Part shown: positions 49,864 through 57,882 of the stretch, one piece after another
Layout of the letters: each line of letters opens with the position of its first letter
How positions within the stretch are numbered: position 1 is the first letter of the stretch
NCBI GenBank assembly: GCA_963827235.1
Contig: CAWHAE010000016.1
Coordinates: 736,001 to 800,000, forward strand
Direction of reading: 5' to 3'
DNA length: 64,000 bases
Source: an uncultured bacterium
GTDB taxonomy: Bacteria; Chloroflexota; UBA5177; JANWHV01
Notes under the pieces: model-generated
What the model was told of the DNA's origin: nothing
The model's database searches: none
The model's input: only the letters and a program-made list of their open reading frames with translations
Position numbers and translations under genes: made by a program

Positions 49864-50784
49864 CTATTGGAAGGCTTCTCGACGCTGGGCTTGTTGCCTC
49901 AGGGCCCGCAACGGCAGGCCGGCCGCTCGCTGAGCCTTCCAGCCCAGGTATCGCCCAAGTAGCCCGTAACATTGGAAGCGATCCGCCTCGCTGATCGGCG
50001 CCCGGGCAACGGTCTTGATATGTTCGATCAGCAGCCGCACCTCGGGATGCAGCGCCAGGCCCTTCCAGGACGGATCCAGTAGAGCGCGGCGACCACTGTG
50101 CGCCGGATTCGCACGCGTGGTGATCTGAGAGTGCAGGCGCCGCACGAATAGGGGCTCAGGAATCTCGTGGAAGGCGCCGCGTAGCGCCAGATCGCCGATC
50201 AACACCACATCCGAGTCGACGTACCTGGCGATCAGTCGCGTGCACCGCAGCACATTCGTGCGCATCAAGCCATAAAGCACGTTGCACAGCGCCCCGTACC
50301 GGTAATGCCACAGAAACCGCCGGTAGCGCCGATATGGGCTGGGTGAATCGAGGTCCAGGCAGTCGTCGTAGACGCTTTCGCCACCGTTCTCGTCCAGTAG
50401 GATGGTTCTGCCGTAAGCGAGGATTACCTCGGGTCGCCTGTCGAGCGCGTCCACGCACCTGGCCAGCAATGGCGGGAGGCAGGCGTCATCATAGCACTGC
50501 CAACGGAAGTAACTGCCGGTCGCCAAGTGCACCACGCGGTTGAAGTTCCAGCTCAGGCCGTGGTTGGTGGAGGTATTGAAGTATCGTACGCGTTGATCGC
50601 GCGCGGCATATTGGCGGCATATCTCCTCGGTGCAATCTGTAGAACCGTTGTTCGAGATGATAAGCTCGAAATCCTCAAACGTCTGCCCGAGCACCGAGTC
50701 TATGGCATCAGCCAGGAATCGCTCGGCATTGTACACCGGCATGCCAATGCTCACACGCGGCTCACGCGGTACCATGGCTGCCAC
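49864..50784 (-). CDS. Glycosyltransferase family 2
   Basis: PRVSIGMPVYNAERFL, DFELIISNNGSTD, NHGLSWNFN, WQCYDD. Alternative ATG start 50775. Confidence 0.92.
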   Translation of the reverse strand: MAAMVPREPRVSIGMPVYNAERFLADAIDSVLGQTFEDFELIISNNGSTDCTEEICRQYAARDQRVRYFNTSTNHGLSWNFNRVVHLATGSYFRWQCYDDACLPPLLARCVDALDRRPEVILAYGRTILLDENGGESVYDDCLDLDSPSPYRRYRRFLWHYRYGALCNVLYGLMRTNVLRCTRLIARYVDSDVVLIGDLALRGAFHEIPEPLFVRRLHSQITTRANPAHSGRRALLDPSWKGLALHPEVRLLIEHIKTVARAPISEADRFQCYGLLGRYLGWKAQRAAGLPLRALRQQAQRREAFQ

Positions 50785-51295
50785 ATCCCTCTATCTGGTC
50801 GGTTTCCTGCGCCCGGTGTATGCGGGTCCGCATTGAAGCCTCCTCGCGGCCGACATTGCTCTCACTCAGCCAACATAGCGCCGGCAGCGCTAAGCGACAT
50901 CCTTCGTGCGAAGGGTATGCCACCGCGAAGCGCCCATGCATATGGCGGTCCGCCGCTGCCAGAGCACATCCAGGTAGACCAGAATACGGCCATTGCCTCA
51001 GATGCATCCCGCACCCGGGCACCTGCGCCGAATCGCAAACCGCGGCAGGACACTTCGCGGACCGCACCGGCAATACTGCTACGAGCCCAGAAAAGGGTTC
51101 CTCACGCGGGGCCGCTCAGGAAACGGGCTGGCACCTCCACACATCCGAGCACAGCACCTAGTGGCTTGTCAACTGCGAAACCTCAGGCCCCTCGCGACCG
51201 CGGCCCTCCGGGATGTCGCCCTGCGCGACCTGTCACGACGCGTACCGTGGTCGCAGGTCGCTTGTCTTAGACAGCAAATACCGGTTGACGAACCG

Positions 51296-52255
51296 CTAGT
51301 CCCATTTGGCCAACGCCGTGCCGTCCCACGTGAACTTGTGAACGTCGCCTCCGGCGCTGTCGGTCACGTACACGACAGCGTGGTGTCTGTCGACGACGTC
51401 GAACAGACGCGTGACCCCGGTGAACTGGCCGCGGCCCGTCCCCCACGATCCCCACCAGCCCAGCACCTTGCCGTCGCTCGACAGCATCTGGAGGCGATGA
51501 TTGCCGGAGTCTGCCACATAGACGCTGCCGCTGCTGTCGGTGGCAACGTCGTCCGGCTGGTCGTACTGCCCCAGCCGTTGTCCCCGCTTACCCCAAAGTG
51601 CGAGGAGCTTGCCCTTCGAGGACAACACCTCGATGCGGTTGCTCGCCGTGTCGGCCACGTAGATCTTGCCCTGCTTGCCGATGGCGATGCCCTGCGGCCC
51701 GGATCCCTTGGTCTTCCAGATGGCGAGCGGTACACCGGCCGGCGAGAACACGAGGATTCGGTTGGTGCTGGCATCGGTCAGATAGACACGTCCCTGTGTA
51801 TCTATGGCCAAGCCCTGAGGATCGAATCCCAGAGGCCATAGGGCCAGCCGCCTGCCAGAGCTGGAAAACTCCTGTATCTTGCCGGCGCTGGCAACGTACA
51901 CGTCGTCGTGTGCGTCGATAGCAATCGGCCCCGGTCCGGAGTCAGTTTCCGCGGGACCGCCGAAACTACGCCAGGTGGCGAGTAGCTTGCCCGCGGAAGA
52001 GAGCTTTACCACGCGCCGGTTCGCATTGTCTGCCACGTACACGTTTCCCGCTGCATCGGCCGCGAGATAGGTCGGGTCGCTGAATCGCAGGACTCCGCGT
52101 GCCGGGCCGGTCTGGCTCATGGCCCAGCTCGCCCCTCTCACGACGGTCACCGCCACGACGATGCCTATGCCGATCAGCAGCACTCCAAGCAACATCCCGA
52201 CCAGCGCCGCGGAGCGCGCCTGCTGCCGGGAGACTCCGCTTGTCGCGGATGCCAT
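51296..52255 (-). CDS. Membrane-anchored NHL-repeat beta-propeller protein
   Basis: N-terminal TM helix and repeated PQGIAI..QGKIYVADTASNRI blades. GGGAG RBS. Confidence 0.88.
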   Translation of the reverse strand: MASATSGVSRQQARSAALVGMLLGVLLIGIGIVVAVTVVRGASWAMSQTGPARGVLRFSDPTYLAADAAGNVYVADNANRRVVKLSSAGKLLATWRSFGGPAETDSGPGPIAIDAHDDVYVASAGKIQEFSSSGRRLALWPLGFDPQGLAIDTQGRVYLTDASTNRILVFSPAGVPLAIWKTKGSGPQGIAIGKQGKIYVADTASNRIEVLSSKGKLLALWGKRGQRLGQYDQPDDVATDSSGSVYVADSGNHRLQMLSSDGKVLGWWGSWGTGRGQFTGVTRLFDVVDRHHAVVYVTDSAGGDVHKFTWDGTALAKWD

Positions 52256-52867
52256 ACCATCACTCCCGTCCCTACACTCTGCGGTGTACGGTACTGTGGC
52301 AGTTTTTTATCGGTCAAGCCTTCACCGGCAGAGGCCGGCGACGTTTCGTTAGCGGCACACACCTCCGTTGCGGGCTGCGATCGGGACGCGTCACCGGGGA
52401 ACCGTCTGCAGCGGCACGGAGCACCACGCGCGAGACACGCGGCAGGTCGGACGGCTCGCACCGCCGTCCAGAGCAGGATTCTGGACTATTAGAAACATCG
52501 TGTCGTTCTCATTTGGCCCGAGACCACCACGATTCGAGCACGCATCGAAGCAATCATGACTGTTTGCATGAACAGCAGTTGCCAACCGTGGCCTGGCAGT
52601 AGTATGGTGGGACAGTCGTGTGTCTGGTTCGGCCGGACATAGCAGCGGCTGTTGCGACAGCAGAGAGGACCCGTTCACCGGTCAGCGAACAGCTTGGGCT
52701 GGAAGCTGCTTGCCGGCACGAATCGGCATCACGCCAGCTCCGGAAGCCGGACGGATGCTCGCGTTCGCCGGTGAAACATAGCAGGCGCCGCTCGACGATG
52801 CGCCCACTGGAGGGAGACGCTGCAAAGCTGCATCCTCGCGCGTGCAGCGCATGGCACGACGCCCATC

Positions 52868-52948
52868 CACTGAAAGCCGGCTACCCGTCGCGAGATAGGG
52901 CCACGGCACCAATGGTCTCGGACTGACCGAGACAGCCCTGCTGCCGGC
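52868..52948 (+). ncRNA. Variant or decayed c-di-GMP-I (GEMM) riboswitch aptamer
   Basis: Aligns with 62441-62522: GGCTA CCCGTC GCGA GATAGG GCCAC GGC ACC AAT GGTCTCGG..CCGAGA CAGCC..CTGCC. Tetraloop and P3 retained, core AAA segments changed. Confidence 0.6.
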
Positions 52949-53056
52949 GCCAACCTTATCGCGTCCTCCTGGACGTACGTGGGAGGTGTCCAGTACGAAA
53001 AATCTGGTAGGCCGGCTCCGGGAGCTCATCCGATAGAGTTCAACAGAAAGCACGAC

Positions 53057-54703
53057 ATGCGATCGGTATATTCCCTGGTTCTTGCGTTCGGGCTCGTAGC
53101 TCTCGGCATGCCTCGTGCAACCGCGAGCGCGGAGACTGTGAACGTCACTATCGCCAGCGTGACTGTTGCTCCCAGCACGATTCAGCAGACAGATACCGTG
53201 AGCTTGAGCACGTCGGTAACCAGCTTCTCCTCCCTGGCCAACGTGATCGTCGACTTCGAGGTGCTCGACTCAGCGAACAACAGTGTCTATCAGACCTGCC
53301 TGACCGGGATTGACCTCACCGCCAACGCACAGCGCAGCTTCTCGGTTCCCTGGCTGGTCCCCGCCGGCCTGCCGGCAGGCACATATCAGCTCCGGACCGG
53401 CGCGATCAACGCCTGGTGGTCGTACACCTATGCCTGGAGCGACACGGCCGCGGCGATCTCGGTCGAGGGCACCAGCACGAGTATCAGTATCGTGAGCGGC
53501 TCGGTCACTCCGGCTACACTAGCCCCGTCCGGCACCGCCAGCCTGGCCGCCGTGGTGGGCAGCACAGCGGCCTTGTCCGGTGCCCTCGTCGATTTCGAGA
53601 TCTACGACGGGCAGAACAACCGGGTCTTCCAGACCTACCAAAGCGGAATTGCTCTCGCGGCCAACGCCCAGCAGACCGTCACGGCTTTGTGGACTGTTCC
53701 GCCGAGCCAGCCGGGCGGCATCTATCTGCTGCGCGTAGGCGTATTCGACGGGACGTGGTCCTACCGTTATGCCTGGCTCTCCCCAGCCGCGAGCTTCACC
53801 ATCACGGCTCCTCCACCAGCCGGCCCGCCGGGCTCGTCTGCTGTGGCATTCGGTGTGGAGATTCCGGGAGACCTCTGGAATCCGTCGGTGATCGACAGCT
53901 TCACCGCGATGGTTGGTACGGCGCCCAAGATCGTCATGTGGTACCAGGACTGGGTCAGCGATAGCGGCTTCCACCTGGCCTCCATGCAAGCGTACGCCGC
54001 ACGGGGTGAGGTACCCGTAGTGACATGGCTTCCAGATGCGGCTGGTTCGTTGCTCAACTTCGATGCCGCGGTTGCGAGTGGCAGCTACGATGGTTTCCTG
54101 CACCAGTGGGCGCAGGCGGCCGCAGCCTGGGGCCATCCGTTTTACCTGCGATTTGCCCCCGAAATGAATGGTCCCTGGGAAGGATTCTCACCCGGCGTCA
54201 ACGGCAATACGACGGCCGACTATGTCGCGATGTGGCGGCACGTGCACGATCTCTTCGTGCAGGACGGCGCCGTCAACGTCCGCTGGGTTTGGTGCCCGAA
54301 CATCGATTCATACGGCTCGACTCCCTACGCAGCCGTCTATCCGGGCGATGCGTACGTGGACTGGGTCGGCTTCGACGGCTACAACTGGGGGCACTACGAT
54401 CAGTGGCATTGGTGGACCTCGCTGCACGACGTGTTCGCGCTATCGTATGCCGATCTCACGGCTCTCACGAGCAAGCCAATTATGATTGGCGAGACGGCGT
54501 CCACGGAAATCGGCGGAGACAAGGCGGCCTGGATTACCGAGGGATTCCTGAACGACATCCCCGCGTACTTTCCCCGCGTCCGTGCCGTGATCTGGTTTGA
54601 CGAGGACAAAGAGGTCGATTGGCGGGTGAACTCCTCACAGTCCTCGCTTGCCGCGTTCCAGCAGGTGGCAGCTTCCCCACTTTACCAGGGTCAGCTTCCA
54701 TAG
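53057..54703 (+). CDS. Secreted GH26 glycoside hydrolase with two N-terminal Ig-like repeats
   Basis: Signal peptide from ATG 53057. LRFAPEMNGPW, WVWCPN, YPGDAYVDWVGFDGYNWG, KPIMIGET (both catalytic Glu present). Confidence 0.92.
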   Translation: MRSVYSLVLAFGLVALGMPRATASAETVNVTIASVTVAPSTIQQTDTVSLSTSVTSFSSLANVIVDFEVLDSANNSVYQTCLTGIDLTANAQRSFSVPWLVPAGLPAGTYQLRTGAINAWWSYTYAWSDTAAAISVEGTSTSISIVSGSVTPATLAPSGTASLAAVVGSTAALSGALVDFEIYDGQNNRVFQTYQSGIALAANAQQTVTALWTVPPSQPGGIYLLRVGVFDGTWSYRYAWLSPAASFTITAPPPAGPPGSSAVAFGVEIPGDLWNPSVIDSFTAMVGTAPKIVMWYQDWVSDSGFHLASMQAYAARGEVPVVTWLPDAAGSLLNFDAAVASGSYDGFLHQWAQAAAAWGHPFYLRFAPEMNGPWEGFSPGVNGNTTADYVAMWRHVHDLFVQDGAVNVRWVWCPNIDSYGSTPYAAVYPGDAYVDWVGFDGYNWGHYDQWHWWTSLHDVFALSYADLTALTSKPIMIGETASTEIGGDKAAWITEGFLNDIPAYFPRVRAVIWFDEDKEVDWRVNSSQSSLAAFQQVAASPLYQGQLP

Positions 54704-54811
54704 GGACGAGCGCGATACAACGTCACGGAGCGTCCAGCCGGGTCTGCTGCCGAACAGACGGAGGCGCGGCCACGCTCGGTTTCGGCAACGCAAGCGACCG
54801 GCACGGAGCGA

Positions 54812-56176
54812 TCATGGAGCACGCCTCTGATAGACCGGCGAGGCCACGACCTGCCGGTATGCCGCGAGCGTGGCAGGAGAAGAGTCTACTCGCCAGTCTT
54901 CCTCCTTGTTCTCATCGAACCAGACCACTGCCCGAACTCGCGGGAAACTGGCGGGTAGGTCGTGAAGCAACCAGTCCACGATCCAGGTTGGCTTGTTCCC
55001 GCCCAGCTCGGTAGAGCCGATCTCCGAAATCATGATCGGTTTTGACGAAAGTCCCATCAAGCTCTCGATCGAGGGACCGAACAGCTGGTACCCACTTATC
55101 CATGTGTGAATATCTCCATTCGGTCCCCAATTGTACCCGTCCAGTCCCATCCAGTCGACGTATGCATCACCGGGATAGACGGAAGCAAACGGCACGCTGC
55201 CTTCAAACTCGATGTTGGGCGCCCACACCCATTGCACGTTCGTCGCGTGCTCCGCGGCGAATAAGTCATGAATATGTCGCCAGGCAGCTACAAATGTTTC
55301 CGCGGTGTTTCCATTTACGCCCGGGCTCCAGGCGTTCCAGTTGCCGTTCTCCTCCCCGGCGAAACGCAGGAGGGTCGGCTTCCGGTACGCAGCAGCATCG
55401 CGTGCATACTGCTGGATAAACGTGTCGTACGATCCATCCAGGATTTTCCCGTCGGGCACGTCGGGCTCCCACGAGATCATCGGCGTCACTCCGCGACGGC
55501 TGTATTCGCGCAGGAGACCGGTGTTGAGATTGCGGGCATCGGGCGAGAGCCACGATTGGTAGTAGTTCACGATCGCCGGCATTCGCCCTGTGAGCTTGGC
55601 GTACTGATCCACCACCCCCGGATCGCTCTCGGCTCCCGGCATCCAGGCACCCAGAGCGATCGTGTTGGGGGCAGCCACGACGAAGAGATCGGTACAACAG
55701 CTCTCCGCGTAGTGAGTCGTCCAGTCTGCACTGAATACGTTGACCAGCGCGTGGTAACTGCCCGCCGGCTGCGTCGCAGGAATAGCCCACGTTGCCGAAA
55801 GAGGCTTGTAGCTGCCCGCCGGCAGGTTGAGCGTGGCTCGATAGGCATACACGCTCGACCACGTTGGGCTGTACACCTCGACCGAGACGCTAACGCCCGT
55901 GAGTGCCATGCTCGATGCGATTGCCGTGTGCAAGACTGTTCGCCTGCCGGCCAGGTGTGCGGAAGGCTGCGTGGTGAGGTCAGCTATCGAGATCGTGACG
56001 CCGTCGATTGTGGCTGGTGCGCGCACCGCGTCGCTCGGATGGTACCTGGGGCCGGCAGTTGGCAGACCCAGGAAAGGCCCTACGTGGGGTCCGGTCGACT
56101 CGGCGCGCAGCACCTGCACGGCGACATAGGTCACGATGAGCAGCCCCACCACGACAGTCACCGCCCTGCGATTCAT
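54812..56176 (-). CDS. GH26 glycoside hydrolase with one Ig-like domain and N-terminal signal/anchor
   Basis: LRFAGEENGNW, YPGDAYVDWMGLDGYNWG, KPIMISEIGS. Confidence 0.92.
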   Translation of the reverse strand: MNRRAVTVVVGLLIVTYVAVQVLRAESTGPHVGPFLGLPTAGPRYHPSDAVRAPATIDGVTISIADLTTQPSAHLAGRRTVLHTAIASSMALTGVSVSVEVYSPTWSSVYAYRATLNLPAGSYKPLSATWAIPATQPAGSYHALVNVFSADWTTHYAESCCTDLFVVAAPNTIALGAWMPGAESDPGVVDQYAKLTGRMPAIVNYYQSWLSPDARNLNTGLLREYSRRGVTPMISWEPDVPDGKILDGSYDTFIQQYARDAAAYRKPTLLRFAGEENGNWNAWSPGVNGNTAETFVAAWRHIHDLFAAEHATNVQWVWAPNIEFEGSVPFASVYPGDAYVDWMGLDGYNWGPNGDIHTWISGYQLFGPSIESLMGLSSKPIMISEIGSTELGGNKPTWIVDWLLHDLPASFPRVRAVVWFDENKEEDWRVDSSPATLAAYRQVVASPVYQRRAP

Positions 56177-56451
56177 GTATATGGCGACTATCCTGGCGGT
56201 GCGTGGACTGGACCGTTACGTTGATCGTACTGCATATTGAACCTTGGTAGGCACGCAGATGTGCTCGAACCAGGCTCAACGGTACCGACAAGACCGCGGA
56301 GCCGCCTTGCAGCGGGCGCTCTCGTCGTCGATTCTCGACGTCGCATCCCGAGCGACCCATCTCTCAGCCTCGTAGTGTACGTGTTGCGCTGCCCTGGCGA
56401 CGGCCACGCTGGGCCCGCGGCTACATCCATAGCCATAGGAGAGTGATAGCT

Positions 56452-57882
56452 GTGCCCGACCTTGGGATCAGACTCGACTGGCCGAGCGTGCCCGGCTATG
56501 TGATGCTGTTTCTGATCAGCATCATTGGCTTCCGGCTGCTCTACTACTTTGACAGCTACTTCTTTCACTGGCGTCTCTATCGCAAAGTGCAGCGGGTCAC
56601 CAACGACGACCTTCGAGCCCTGGCTGAGTTACCGTTCGTCAAGATCCAGGTTACGACCGCGGGAACAGTTGGTAGCACCGAGGTGATTCGCCGGGGCATC
56701 CAGAACGTGGTCGACCTGGCCATGGAAGCCCCAGAGCTCTACGGCGGCAAGATCAGCGTGGAAGTGATTACCATGCCGTCCGAACAGGTGCAGGCCTTGG
56801 GAGCGGAATTCGCAGGCGCCCCTATACCGGTCGAGATCCTGGTCGTCCCTCCGGAGTACCAGACGCCGCTCGGCACGAAGCTGAAAGCCCGGCAGATGCA
56901 CTGGATCGTAGAGAGGCGGCGGCAGGGATACAACCGAAAGCCGGGGCGAACGTTCATCGTCCACTACGACGAAGACAGCGTGATGATGCCGCGCGAGATG
57001 CGCAAGCTTATCCGGTACCTGGCCACGACGGACAAGAAGCTGACCGAAGGTCCCATCTATTATCCCCTTGAGTATGACCGTGCCAGCCTGATCTGCCAGG
57101 CCATGGAAGCCAATCGACCGGTCGGATGCTTCGAGTGTCGCGAGGTGATGGAAGCCGGCACTCCGCTGCATCTGCACGGGTCGAATCTCGTGCTTGACGA
57201 GGAACTGGAAAACGACCTCGGCTGGGACCTCGGCACGCTCGGCGGCCAGGCGTTCATAGCTGAAGACTTCGTCTTCGGTATGCTGGCCTACCTGAAGGAG
57301 GGGCCGCAGGTCTTCGGCTGGCACGGCGCGGTCATGCTGGAGGAACCGCCGTTCTCCCTCAGGAGCGCCTTCAAGCAGCGCTATCGGTGGGTGCTGGGCA
57401 CCTTGCAAGGCCTGTCGATGATGCATCGCATGCCGGAGTACCATCGCCTGGCGCCTCGGGAGCGCTTCAATCTGATCTGGGGCACAAGGTATCGTATCCT
57501 GACTTTCGCGCTGGGTCTGCCTACCGGCATTACGTCGTTGCTCTACCTGCTCTATCAGGCCTGGCTCCTGATCACCGGGCACAGCTTTCTGCCGCTGCCG
57601 GCACCGTTCATCGTCTGGCTGATCATCGTCGGCGTACTCTGGATCAACTCGCTGCTGATCGGCGTGTGGTACAACCTGGCCGAGCCGGTGCCGGCGCCGG
57701 CAGCCACGCGCTGGATGACGGCGATGCGGGTGCTGACCGTGGCGCCCATCGCCGGCGTGTCGGAGAGCACTGCTGCCGTCTGGGCCGTCTTCAACTGGTT
57801 GCTGGGCAACCGCGCGGTCTCCTGGCAGCCGACGCCCAAGACTGTAGAGGCCGATGGCATCGTCAGCCGCGGAGTGGCCTAG
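56452..57882 (+). CDS. Membrane-integrated GT2 glycosyltransferase, Egghead/BRE-3-like
   Basis: VVPPEYQTPLGTKLKARQMHW, IVHYDEDS, LHGSNL, IAEDF, EEPPFS..QRYRW (D,D,D,QxxRW set). One N-terminal and 3-4 C-terminal TM segments. AGGAG RBS favours GTG 56452 over 56443. Confidence 0.88.
   Translation: MPDLGIRLDWPSVPGYVMLFLISIIGFRLLYYFDSYFFHWRLYRKVQRVTNDDLRALAELPFVKIQVTTAGTVGSTEVIRRGIQNVVDLAMEAPELYGGKISVEVITMPSEQVQALGAEFAGAPIPVEILVVPPEYQTPLGTKLKARQMHWIVERRRQGYNRKPGRTFIVHYDEDSVMMPREMRKLIRYLATTDKKLTEGPIYYPLEYDRASLICQAMEANRPVGCFECREVMEAGTPLHLHGSNLVLDEELENDLGWDLGTLGGQAFIAEDFVFGMLAYLKEGPQVFGWHGAVMLEEPPFSLRSAFKQRYRWVLGTLQGLSMMHRMPEYHRLAPRERFNLIWGTRYRILTFALGLPTGITSLLYLLYQAWLLITGHSFLPLPAPFIVWLIIVGVLWINSLLIGVWYNLAEPVPAPAATRWMTAMRVLTVAPIAGVSESTAAVWAVFNWLLGNRAVSWQPTPKTVEADGIVSRGVA

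Noticed and set aside
57387-57881. 1013-aa ORF start at 57387
   Set aside because: The first 165 codons overlap the GT2 in another frame and are low-complexity. GTG 57882 has an RBS and stop-start coupling.
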